Positions 14,396-25,052 of a stretch of 64,000 bases of DNA are shown one piece after another. This stretch comes from a virus (Duplodnaviria; Caudoviricetes): positions 32,001 to 96,000 of IMG/VR virus record IMGVR_UViG_3300032038_009890; one strand, given 5' to 3'. The stretch's first letter is position 1, and each line of letters opens with the position of its first letter. Position numbers and translations under genes: made by a program. Below the pieces are notes generated by a model. The model saw nothing but the letters and a program-made list of their open reading frames with translations, searched no databases and was not told the DNA's origin.

Positions 14396-15331
14396 ATGGA
14401 AAATAATTATAAAATTTATGCTTATGTAAATAAAATAAACGGAAAGATTTATATTGGTCAAACAAAACAATCTTTAAATGCTAGAGCTGGGAAAGAAGGA
14501 AAAGGATATAGGTAGTGTGTACTATTTTATAACGCTATTTCGAAATATGGATTTACCAATTTTATACCTATAGTACTAATAGAAGGATTAAATAAAGATA
14601 CAGCTGATTATTTAGAAATATCATTAATCGAAGAATTTAATTCAACTAATCCAGATTATGGATATAATATCTCAAAAGGAGGTCAATACTCTACAAACGG
14701 AATTGATATAAGTGGTCAAAGATTTGGAAAATTAATTGCTAGACACATAGTTGATGATCCAAGAAGAGGAAGATATTGGTATTGTGATTGTGATTGTGGA
14801 GGACATTCTATTGTTAGATAGGAACATTTGCGAGATGGCACAACTACTGCATGCACAGATTGCACGTTAAATAGTTTACATGTTATTCCTAACAAAATCG
14901 AAATAATTGATGATAATACTATTAAAGTTTTAATGACAGATGGGTCTTTTTTAATCGATTCAGAAACATATAATAATATAAAGTAGTACAGATGGTATAG
15001 GTCGGGTGAATATGGAGTTTCTTCAACTACGGAGGAAAGAAAATTGTTGTTGAAATATTTATTTCCAAGCATAAATAGGAATAATATTTCCAGATATGTT
15101 AAATTTAAAGATAATAACAGATTTAATTATTGCAAGGATAATTTATATGTAGAAATACCAAAAAATGCTTCGAAAAATGATTGGTATTTATTTTTGAACG
15201 AAAATAATACTTATATTCATTTTATTAGGCATTCGTCAAACAGACCTTGGCGTAATGTTAAATTAAACCAATCGTTTCATACTTATAATGAAGCAAAATT
15301 AGCTAGAAAGGAGTGTGATATAGATGGCTAA
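14396..15331 (+). CDS. Free-standing GIY-YIG homing endonuclease with a CxCxC module; 3 TAG
   Basis: YKIYAYVNKINGKIYIGQT...FYNAISKYG...YGYNI, then DISGQRFGKL...WYCDCDCG; in frame with 15044..15331 (TAA). Confidence 0.8.
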
Positions 15332-16880
15332 TATTTCAGCTGAACAATGGCAAATATTATTAAATATCTTAGGAGCCGTAGAAACTGGCGGACAGATTTA
15401 TGGTCAAAGAGATTATGGTGATTATACCGAAGCTTATACGAATAATATTGCAGAGAACTCTATTACTATCGGTGCTTATTAGGAATTTAGTTCTCTTGCT
15501 AAAGGACTTCTTTAGGAAATTAAAGATAAATATCCAGATGTTTTTGTTCAATATGATAATGCAGGTATTGCTAATGATTTACAAAAGTTTTCTTGGGTTG
15601 GTTATAATCCAAGCAAATCTTCTGCAAAAGCAAAAGCAATCGTTAATATAATTAACTCTACTGAAGGGCGCAAGGTACAAGATGATAGATTCATCCGATA
15701 GATGAAAGAACATATTGCGCTAGGCGAAAAGTTAGGTGTAAATGATGTGGATGCTCTCTTTGAAATCTGTAATATTTCACACTAGGGCGGTGATGGTGCT
15801 GTTAAGCGAATTATCTCCAAAACTTAGAAGCCTTATACTTTAGACCATATTTATCAAGCACTTTGTACGGATAATGTTCCAAATCAAGTTGGAACCTACA
15901 AAAATCGTCAATCAAAAGTTTATCAGTGGCTCAAGTAGTATATGCCAAAGCAATAGACTCGGCAGACTGTCGTATACAACATCAATCGTGGAACTAGCGT
16001 AGATGATGCACTTAACGTGGCTCGTGGATGGCTTGGACTTTCAAAAGCAAATGGTTCTCATCGAGTAATTATAGATACTTATAACTCTTATCTTCCACAT
16101 CCAAGATCCTACGCTGTAACCTATACAGACGACTATTGTGCTACAACCATCAGTGCAATCTTCGTAAAACTCAATGCTGTCAATTTAATAGGTAATATCG
16201 AATGTTCTGTAGAACGCATGATTGAAGATTGCTTTAAGCCAATCGGGATTTGGATAGAAGATGAATCTAAAAATCTTCCGCAAAAGGGAGACATTATTTG
16301 TTTCAATTGGGACAGCAATTAGCCAAACTCAGATAATTAGGGTTGGGCAGATCATGTTGGTATCATTGAGGATGTTTCTAATGGAATTATCACTACTATA
16401 GAAGGCAATACTTCTGGTGGTGTCGTTGCTCGTAAGCAATATCCTATAAACTACAGTTTTATCAGGGGTTTCGCTCGTCCGAAATATGGCTCAGATTCCT
16501 CGACAACTCCTACCATAGAAGACATGCCTGTATAGCCCACTATAGAGATCTTAGACCCGGTTCCCACTCCTACTCAACAAACTGTCCGGCCCACTCCCGC
16601 AACGCCGTCTCAGACCCCTTCTGGCTCGTCTACGGTGACTTCTAGTGGCCTGAGTAAGGAGAGGAAATTTTGGGGAGTATGCGTGGCAGATGCACTTAAT
16701 GTGAGGAAATATGCGGGGAAAGAATATTCAATTCTTCAGAGTATTCCTATGATTTATTATGGTCAAGAAGTTGAAGTACTAGATACCGTAAAAGCAAATG
16801 ATGGAAAGGAATGGTACTATATTCGGATTAACGGGACAACTTACGGCTTCGCATCTGCCGAGTACATCGTAAAGAAATGA
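15324..16880 (+). CDS. Endolysin: N-terminal lysozyme-like domain, CHAP amidase and SH3b, 518 aa; about 10 TAG
   Basis: AAGGAG SD. AVETGGQIYG...ITIGAY(TAG); CHAP YCATTISA...GDIICFNW...DHVGIIE...IEGNT; Pro/Thr linker; SH3b ALNVRKYAG...WYYIRINGTTYGFASAEYI; ends TGA. Confidence 0.85.
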
Positions 16881-16941
16881 CAAAGAAGAAAGTATGAAAA
16901 AGAAAAGGTAACTATGTCATAACGAAGAAGGTGGTGATGGA

Positions 16942-17493
16942 ATGCAGGAAGTCGAAGAGGTCGTTGAAATGGCGACTACTCAAGGTAACAATAATATTAT
17001 TGTAACTATTATAGTATTGCTTATAGCAATTGTATTTGTTGCTGAACACATAATGAAATTTAGAGAGATTTTTGGAATTCGTACCAAATGGGATGATCAT
17101 GAACAATAGCAAACAAAAGAAATATTAGAGCTTAAATAGGAAGTCGTAAAAATTAAGCAAGAGGTTGAAGATATCAAAAGCACTAATAAACATGATACAA
17201 ATAAACGAATTGAATTTGAAGAATGCGTGACTAAGTCACTGAATACAATAAAAAATGATATGCTTGACGAAAAGATTTAGCGCATGAGGTCTGAAATACT
17301 AGACTTTGCGGCAGGTCTGAAGATAAAAGATTACAACGAAGAAAGCTTCTCACATATTTTTGATGTTTATTCTAGGTATAACAAGGTTATCCGTGAGAAT
17401 AATATGACTAATGGGTATGTTGATCTTAATATGGATAAAATTAGAAATGACTATGCTCTAAGACATAATAACACCCAATATGTGGAAGAGTGA
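16942..17493 (+). CDS. Lysis-module membrane protein (one TM helix plus coiled coil; holin-associated); 3 TAG
   Basis: ATG 16942 in frame with 17284..17493; IIVTIIVLLIAIVFVA TM segment; RSEILDFA...NGY C-terminal region. Confidence 0.65.
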
Positions 17494-17496
17494 TAA

Positions 17497-17522
17497 AGGG
17501 GGCAGTAGTAATACTGTCCCTT
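17497..17522 (+). terminator. Stem-loop, possible terminator or RNA stability hairpin
   Basis: AGGGGGCAGTA-GTAA-TACTGTCCCTT; the U-tract is weak. Confidence 0.4.
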
Positions 17523-17543
17523 GATATAAAGGATGTGATATAA

Positions 17544-17789
17544 ATGAGTGAAAAGAAAAAGATAAAGTTTACCTCACTGATTGTCGCCCTTGTTCTTATT
17601 GAGGCGGCAATTCTTACGGGTATATATGTCTGGGTATTCTGTACTTATGGACATGTTCCAGACACACTTATAGTCGCAACTTTTGGATTCCTTGGCACAG
17701 AATTAGGGATTTGCGGGGGTGTAACCATGAATGGAAACAAGTATGATTATTTAAATAATAGTATTCCACCACAAGGAGGTGTTGGATAA
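17544..17789 (+). CDS. Small two-TM membrane protein, holin-like
   Basis: Basic N-terminus, two hydrophobic segments around VPDTLI, located in the lysis module. Confidence 0.55.
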   Translation: MSEKKKIKFTSLIVALVLIEAAILTGIYVWVFCTYGHVPDTLIVATFGFLGTELGICGGVTMNGNKYDYLNNSIPPQGGVG

Positions 17790-18098
17790 ATGGAAAATGG
17801 TATGATTCTCTTAGCAATTACAACTGCACTTACTTCTCTCGCTACGGAAGGCGTAAAAAAGACCTTACATCTTTCTTCTGATAAGGTTTCGTACAATATT
17901 CTTGTACTTGTAATTTCAGTCATCAGTGCTTTGCTTGTTGGATTTGGATATATTATTTTAGCAGATATTGTGATTACTGCTAAAGTCGTAGTTTATCTTG
18001 TTGCTTTGACGCTTATGTCCGCACTTGCTGCAAGTACGAGTTACGACAAATTAATACAAACGCTTAAACAATTAGATTTTTTGAAGAATCAAAAATAA
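17790..18098 (+). CDS. Putative holin (three TM helices)
   Basis: 102 aa; TSLATEGVKK...SYDKLIQTLKQ pattern; follows the endolysin. Confidence 0.65.
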   Translation: MENGMILLAITTALTSLATEGVKKTLHLSSDKVSYNILVLVISVISALLVGFGYIILADIVITAKVVVYLVALTLMSALAASTSYDKLIQTLKQLDFLKNQK

Positions 18099-18154
18099 AG
18101 GAGATAAAATGGATAAACAGATTTTTAACGGAACAACCAATTAGAGATCATATT

Positions 18155-19450
18155 ATGAATAAATATTTGATTGAAAATGTAAATAGTGACGATGTTGATT
18201 TTGATCATGTGAATGATGATTTACCGAGGTATGGTGAAGGGTTTGATTATAATGGAGAGAAGTCGAATTGGTGTGTATATGCACATATAAATAAGACAAA
18301 TGAAAAAATATATATTGGGATTAGTTCAAATTTAAAACATAGATGGAGTAATGGTGGAAACAAATATTGTGGCTGTGATGCGTTTTATAACGCTATACAA
18401 AAATATGGATTTGATGGGTTTAAACATATTGTCATAATAAATGGACTAACAGAATCTATGGCTCGTCTTATAGAGGATGATTTAATCAAAAAGTATAATA
18501 CTCTGGTTTGGAAAGAAGATGGCAATGGATATAATATAAGCTTTGAATATTTGTTTGGTCGTAAAAAAGAAAAAGGAATGGAATTACATAGGTACAAATA
18601 TTATCAATACGATTTAAATGGTATTTATATTCAATCATTTGATAGTTTAGTATAGATTAATAATTTATTTAATGTTAGTTTTGGAAATAAATGCGTTAAG
18701 CGTTGCTTAGAAAGAGAACATCATTTTGCTTTTGGTTTTTTATGGTCAACTACATTTTATGAATAGCTTGATCCTTTCAGGCCAACTGATATAAAATTCT
18801 GCGATGAATATCATAAACCAACGCATGATAAATACGGTCAAATTGTACAGTTATCTATTGATGGTAATTTAGTAAAAACATATAATAATGTATATCATTA
18901 TACTTTCGATTCTATAATCATGGATTCAGTTTTAAAATGTTGCAGAAATATTAAGCATACATATAATGGTTATATATGGATGTTTATAAGCGATTATTCA
19001 AATCAAGATATTCTGTTTAATAGAATTTAGTTAGCTAGTGATGAATATAAAAAATTTTCCAATAATCTTGTACGTTCTCAATCAAAAGCTGTTTTAGCCA
19101 GAAATATAAGCAACAATAACACTATTCAATTTGATAGTATATCTGATGCGTCTAGACAAACCGGATATCCTCAACAGTCTATTTCAAATGCATGTAAAAA
19201 CAACTCAATTTATAAAGGATATTCTTGGTCGTTTTTAAATAATTCATCGTCAAAGATATCAAAAAGGCGTGTAGTTCAAATTGATATTCGCAGTAATGAA
19301 ATAATTAATATATTTGATAGTATTACTGATGCTAATAATTACATAAAAGTTAGCAAAGCTTCCTCTGAAATAAGTGCTTGTTGTAGAGGAAAGCGAAAAA
19401 CATCATATGGATATATATGGAAATATTATGAAGATATTATAAAGGAGTGA
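18155..19450 (+). CDS. GIY-YIG homing endonuclease with four NUMOD1/IENR1-like repeats, 431 aa; 3 TAG
   Basis: WCVYAHINKTNEKIYIGIS; repeats YQYDLNG..FDSL, VQLSIDG, FDSISDASRQTG and VVQID..FDSITDA..ISACCRGKRKTSYGYIW; TGA 19448-19450. Confidence 0.85.
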
Positions 19451-19455
19451 TAAGT

Positions 19456-19977
19456 ATGAAACTTAAAGCAACCCCCAATATTAAAGGGAGCATTGTAGAA
19501 ACTACAGTGTCCATAGATGATTTTGGTTCTTCAGAATATTCCGCAGAGGAAGAAAAGGAATTGTTCGAAGACTACTCGATGATATTAGACTACGGAAAGT
19601 TGCTGTTTTCTAGGTGGGTAACCGTAGATGGCCACAAAAACCCAGTAATCGTAGAAGCTCCTCAAGAGCAAGAGCCAACTAACGAACCTCCAACGGAACC
19701 CACAGAAGAAACTACTGGGCCAGATAACATTGTACTTGCAATGCCGATTGGTGAATCTTACGAACTTGATGCAGATTTTGAACTTCATTACGCTGTAGAT
19801 GTGCGCGCTCTTGGTGACCAGTATAAGATGTTTAAAAATATCAAGGATAACGTATGTTTAGCTAAGGCTATGTGTTTAGTTTTTGAAGATTGTATTATTT
19901 CCTATATCAAAGATCAGTTTGAAATTGCCAAGACTCATAAAGACGATTTTGAAACTGTTCGTTATTATGAGATTTAA
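19456..19977 (+). CDS. Hypothetical acidic protein, probably virion-associated
   Basis: AAGGAG SD; open frame with an EPTNEPPTEPTEE linker; ends TAA. Confidence 0.6.
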   Translation: MKLKATPNIKGSIVETTVSIDDFGSSEYSAEEEKELFEDYSMILDYGKLLFSRWVTVDGHKNPVIVEAPQEQEPTNEPPTEPTEETTGPDNIVLAMPIGESYELDADFELHYAVDVRALGDQYKMFKNIKDNVCLAKAMCLVFEDCIISYIKDQFEIAKTHKDDFETVRYYEI

Positions 19978-20010
19978 TTACCCTTATGTATCAGAAAGAA
20001 GGTGATATAA

Positions 20011-20988
20011 TTGGATTACCATTACACAGATTATATAATTACCCAAGAAGGAACAAACTTAACTACGGATTCAGCCATCAAACTTTAGAAGATGGAGAAT
20101 AAAGTCACCCGTTTCATTTTTAAGCTAGAGGATTGGCTTCCTGAAACTGCACGTCTTTATGTTGCATTTCTCAATCCAGAAACAAAGCGCTATCATTATG
20201 AGCCTTTGCTTAATAATGGAGAGGATTACTACTATGTTGTAGGAACGAAGCTATCTTATTATCCTAGTAAACACAAAATGTTGCTTATTGGCGTAACTCC
20301 TTCGTTTATTTTAGATGACAATGTTATTTTGGATATAACGAATACTGTATATGTATCAAGAGAATTCAATAAAATAGTTGTCATTGATAATTTCATTTCC
20401 GATGAAGCAAGAGAGCTTTCATATCCAAATATAGAGTATGCCCTCGATGATTTTATGAGCATTTACAATACAAATATAATGCTTTCTATTTAGACGGCAG
20501 ATGATGCGACTAAATGTGATGAAGACATTAAACGTTGCGAGGAAATTCTTGTTACATGCACCGAAATTCAAGAAGAATGCGATGCTGATGTAGGAACATG
20601 CTCTAACGCTGTAATCACTTGTACAGAGTTAGAAGAACAGTGCCGACAAGATAATGAAGAAGCCAGTGAGATACTTGCATAGAATAGAGAAACATTAGTT
20701 TCTTGTAATACCATTCTTAATTAGGCACAACAGAGTTTTGATTCATGTATTGTTCAGGCTCAAAACGCAGCTAACTCGGCATCTTCAGCCAATGCTGCTT
20801 CTAACAATGCTAGTTCTACACTTACACAATGCAGAAATATGCTTACTCAATGCCAACAAGTTTTAACACAAGTAAATCAAATGGTGGCTACTCTACAAAC
20901 GAATTATGACACATATCTTTCTCAAATGAGATAGGAATATGAAACTATGATGGAAAATCTTAGAAATGCTGGAGGAGGTGAGCCGTAA
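20011..20988 (+). CDS. BppU-like baseplate/fibre protein with a Cys-heptad coiled coil; 5 TAG
   Basis: AAGGTG SD plus TTG, in frame with 20092..20493; continues to TAA 20986-20988 (TAATG overlap). Confidence 0.7.
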
Positions 20989-21326
20989 TGTATGTTATCA
21001 ATGAAATATCTAAACATCAAACTGATATCTCAATTATTAAAGGAGATACATTTAGAGAATTAATTCGTATTTCTGACGAAGCTAGGCTCACCTATGTTCC
21101 TGAAGCCGCAGATAAAATCATTTTCTATGTATATAATAAATATACTGACGAAAAACCTTTGTTTGAAAAAGAAATACCATATAATTCAATGGTGTTATAG
21201 TTATCAGCAAAGGAAACTAGTAAGATGAAATTAGGTAAGTATGTGTATAAAATTATACTAAACAGAAGAAATGGTGATAAAGATACGTATTTACATGGTA
21301 GTTTTAACGTTGAGGGGGTGATTTAA
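20988..21326 (+). CDS. Small BppU N-domain-like structural protein; 1 TAG
   Basis: ISIIKGDTF...D.IIFYV...ETSKMKLGKYVY...GDKDT...GSFNVE pattern; TAA 21324-21326. Confidence 0.65.
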
Positions 21327-21902
21327 TTGGTAAATTCTGTAATAACTGGTAATAAGACACTAGGTGGCACTACTATGGGAGCATGGAATTAGGGCCTAGA
21401 TGCCTACAGTTTGGCAGTGCGCTATCAAAATTATAAGGGAACACTGCTTGAATGGTTGGATTCTCTCAAAGCCATCTCTCCCACATTCTCAGAACCAGTC
21501 ATAGATACCGAAAACGGCACAACGAGCTTCACCATGAATGACGAAAATGGGGGACATACTATCACTCTCCGCAACGGTCTAGATATCAAAGTAGAATCCA
21601 CAGAAGTCACAGAAGATGGTACTCTAGTAACCTTTAACGATGGCACGACAGTCCTTGTCGGCAACGGTCAAAAGGGTGATCAAGGCGATCCCGGCAGAGA
21701 AATAATCTTCCGCAACGTAGATAACACTCTCTACTGGCGTTACGCAACAGATGATCCAGAGTGGAAACAACTTGCAGACCTCATGCAAATTATGGAGTCA
21801 GTATATACTGCTCATCCGCCTTTTATCTATGTGGATGAACTACCAGACCCTGCGGATGCAATAGAGGGTGTAGAATACAGATTAAGGAATGGAGGTGATT
21901 AA
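21327..21902 (+). CDS. Collagen-like fibre protein; 1 TAG
   Basis: GLDAYSLAV...GTLLEWLDSLK motif, GQKGDQGDPGRE triplets, LYWRY...W. Confidence 0.7.
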
Positions 21903-21904
21903 TC

Positions 21905-23449
21905 TTGGCAAAATCTTATAAATCATATATGCTCTCAGCGGATAAAAAGTCATGGGTCCCGCTGTTTGATGGTGAAAGCTATAATACTCTGAGCGACACT
22001 CCTATTAAGAATCTTTACGGGCAAGCCGAAGAAGTTTATGTAGATATCGGTGCTCTGAACGAGGGCAAGTATCGTATTTCTGGTTACTATAAAGTAGATG
22101 ATAATTCCGAACTGCAAAACGCAGAGGATGTCCCTGTTTTTGTAAATGTCTATACTGATAGTACAACTCCTGAGAAAAAATATGCGGTCTTTGAGAATGT
22201 TAGTTCTGATAGTTTCGGGCAGACTATATATACTATTGAAAATTCCGCCATTACAGATACTCATCATGTCGGCGCAGATGATACTGCCATCCCTGAGATT
22301 CATGAAGATATAAATAGTTTAGATACGCATCTGAGCGAACTAAATAATAATTTTAATAGTTCTGTGGCAGATATTAACAGTACTATCGCAAGTAACTATC
22401 AAGAACTTTCTAGTGAGATAGAACAGTCTGCATCAGAAATCAACGAAATATTAGATAGTCAAGTTACTAGACTGAATGGAAAAATAGAAAGTGAAACCTT
22501 TTCTGTATCAGAAGCATTAAGCAGTGAAGTTACCAGATTAGAAGATAAAATAGATAGCGAAACATCTTTCGTAAGTGATATGCTTACTAGCGAAGTTACC
22601 AGACTTGATAGCACTCTCACAGATCATTCTGAGTCACTTTCAGATATAGATAGTGAAATAGCTGTAATTGACTCTCGTCTTGATGGGCATGATACATCTA
22701 TCTCAGAAATCAATGAGGATATAGCCCTGCTCAATAATACCGAAGAAACAGAAGGTTCTGTTCGCTAGATTGCAAAATCCTACGCCGATGATACAGTAGA
22801 AACCACAACAATCACTCTGGCAGTCGCTGACCAACCTGATCTCAATGACTCTACCACATATGTCCTTTCTCAAGGCGGGGCCGAAATAGGTCGTGTACAT
22901 ATTGCAAAAGACCTCGTAGCTACTTAGGGCGAGTTAGTTACAGAAGATGCAAGTGGTAATTCTGGTATGTTTATCAGGATGACCGTAGCTAATGGAACGC
23001 CTTTTTATATCCCTGTTGATGAGTTAATTGACACTTATCAAGGTTCTGGTGATGTAGGTACTGTATCCAGTGGCATCAGTATTAACGTAACCAATGGTGT
23101 TGTCTCTGCAACTATTGTTTCTTTAGACGGTACTAAACTTGATGCGGGAAGTGTAGGTTTTGATAAGCTTGCACAGGCCGTATAGAGTAAAATCAATAGC
23201 ATTGATGATGTTTATGACGAGTTAATGGGAAATGCATAGACAGATACTGTAACCTCAAAAACAATAGAAGGTCTGGTAAAGAAAACAGATATGACTAGCA
23301 ACACGCTCTCTAATTTGGATACTTATGTTGGAACAATTCCGCAAGAAAGTGATGCTACTACTGTAGTTGATTACATAGATGAAAAGAAAAATGAAACTAT
23401 AGATAATCTTAAACAATATTTGGTTTGGCATAGGTTCACAGAATCTTAA
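21905..23449 (+). CDS. Fibre-like coiled-coil structural protein, 514 aa; 4 TAG
   Basis: Fragments 21905..22768 and 22967..23185 are in frame; 22-aa repeats (S[QE]VTRL..KI.SET); VGTIPQESDATTVVDYIDEK; TAA 23447-23449. Confidence 0.75.
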
Positions 23450-23455
23450 TTAACA

Positions 23456-23490
23456 GGGGATGGTCCTTTCGGGGATAATCCCCTTTTTTT
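23456..23490 (+). terminator. Intrinsic terminator closing the late arm
   Basis: GGGGATGGTCCT-TTCG-GGGATAATCCC followed by T8. Confidence 0.8.
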
Positions 23491-23639
23491 ACGCTTTGCT
23501 GTATGATATACTGATTTTATCAAGATGAAAGGATAGGAATACATGATGACTGATGACCACATAAGAAATGTTTTCTTCGAGATACAAGATCTGGCCTAAT
23601 TAAGCAGATATCAGGCTAGAAACTATGTTTATGTGCTAC

Positions 23640-23815
23640 ATCTATGTAAACAGTGGTGTTAACACTGGTGTTAAGGCTAATAATCAGGCCCCACAAAGCC
23701 CTGATATCAATAAGGTTTATTATTTACTCTCCATTCTTCTCATGGCGGAGATTTTGCCTGAAATTCAATCAGCATCGAGCATTTAAGAATTCGCAAGGTA
23801 TTAATATGTGTTAAT
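23640..23815. other. Candidate attP region with arm-type repeats
   Basis: Non-coding gap just downstream of the integrase; TGGTGTTAA at 23654 and 23666, variants GGTATTAA at 23797 and TGTGTTAA at 23807. Confidence 0.5.
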
Positions 23816-25007
23816 CCTTATTAAATACATTGTTAACGCATTCTGATTTTTCAGATATACTCGACTTATCCTTATTGTACACTGTGGTCGTAATATAAGA
23901 ATTACTATGCCCCATTAATTTAGCAACTATTTTAGGATTCACACCGCTGTCCAGCAAAGTAGTACTATACGTTTTGCGGATTTTATGTAGTGGTTTATAA
24001 GTTATATTACAATTTCTGCAAATAATTTCCAATGACCTTCGAATAGATGCGGCAAACTTACAAAAGATATAGCCATCATCACTTTTGTATTCAAATAACT
24101 TATCTACAATCCACCAATAGTTTTTTGGAATCGGAATATCTCTTAATCCATTCTCTGTCTTTGGAGTGTCTTTAATATATACAACTTTCTTATCATCGAC
24201 CAACTGATAAGATGCTGTTCCTCTGACATGAATAACATAATCGTCAGAAATACTATCACGCTTCAGTGCGCACAACTCTCCAATTCTTAAGCCAGAAACA
24301 AAAATAAGTAAAATCCCAAGATAATTCTTATGCGGATTTTCGCAAATATACTTCTGAATCTTTTTAAATTCTTCATCTGTATAAACTTCATCGGAGTCAT
24401 CGTGCTTAATAACCTTAAATTGTGAACTAGAAATATCTAGTGTTTCAAATATCTCAGAAACAGAATATGATATATATCCCATCTTTTTAGCCCTAATTAA
24501 TGTCCCCTTAATTAATGCCCTGAGATTCCCAAATTGAGGCTTACACACTCCACTACAAGATTTTTCTAAAAATTCCTGCCATTCAAATACAGTAGTTTTA
24601 GATAAATCTTTTGTTCTTAATTTATTATCCTTAAAAAATCTTTTAAATATTTCAACATAAGCTACATGGGTTTTCGGCGCAATTATCTTGCTGTCAAGTC
24701 GATGGTTATTCCACTCCGTAAATACTTCTTCGAACGTATGCACGTTTTCAGTTTCTTCGTATGCGTCAACGATCGTATCTTCCAGAGCTTTTCTCGTAGT
24801 CTTGCACACAAGTTTCAAATTCTTCGGATATCCTTCGGCATGGATATAAGTGCGCCACTTCCCATCCTTACCCTGCCAGACTTTATTTGTATGCTTGCCT
24901 AATATTTCCTCTCGTCTAGTCATATCTACACCAGACCTGATATCTGCTAGATCGATGATACCATGTTCTAGTGCGTATTTCAATAAGTCATTTTCGTCAC
25001 GTTTCAT
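23811..25007 (-). CDS. int: Tyrosine recombinase (integrase)
   Basis: SGLRIGELCAL, TPKTENGLR, LHKIRKTY and LMGHS...TTTVY give the R-K-H-R-H-Y catalytic set; no TAG. Confidence 0.92.
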   Translation of the reverse strand: MKRDENDLLKYALEHGIIDLADIRSGVDMTRREEILGKHTNKVWQGKDGKWRTYIHAEGYPKNLKLVCKTTRKALEDTIVDAYEETENVHTFEEVFTEWNNHRLDSKIIAPKTHVAYVEIFKRFFKDNKLRTKDLSKTTVFEWQEFLEKSCSGVCKPQFGNLRALIKGTLIRAKKMGYISYSVSEIFETLDISSSQFKVIKHDDSDEVYTDEEFKKIQKYICENPHKNYLGILLIFVSGLRIGELCALKRDSISDDYVIHVRGTASYQLVDDKKVVYIKDTPKTENGLRDIPIPKNYWWIVDKLFEYKSDDGYIFCKFAASIRRSLEIICRNCNITYKPLHKIRKTYSTTLLDSGVNPKIVAKLMGHSNSYITTTVYNKDKSSISEKSECVNNVFNKD

Positions 25008-25022
25008 ATAATATTCTCATTT

Positions 25023-25049
25023 AAAAAGGAGCGGTTTCCCGCCCCTTTA
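25023..25049 (-). terminator. Intrinsic terminator between the early operon and the integrase
   Basis: Minus strand AAAGGGGCGG-GAAA-CCGCTCC followed by TTTTT. Confidence 0.75.
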
Positions 25050-25052
25050 GTT

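Noticed and set aside
22440-22620. CRISPR-like repeats (GTTAC(T/C)AGA at 66-nt spacing)
   Set aside because: They are in-frame 22-aa coiled-coil repeats inside a CDS.
583-22900. Minus-strand track ORFs within the late arm
   Set aside because: They overlap the recoded plus-strand genes and show no protein-like features.
1-23449. Decayed prophage, pseudogenes or sequencing errors as the cause of fragmented ORFs
   Set aside because: The interruptions traced are all in-frame TAG, with no frameshifts or internal TAA/TGA, and merged genes have intact starts, stops and domains.
1-23449. TAG as pyrrolysine, or TGA recoding
   Set aside because: TAG aligns with CAA in internal repeats and is too frequent for pyrrolysine; TGA ends many genes with ATGA coupling.
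23500-23600. Extended -10 (TGATATACT) and 18-aa ORF MMTDDHIRNVFFEIQDLA
   Set aside because: No properly spaced -35 and too short to support.
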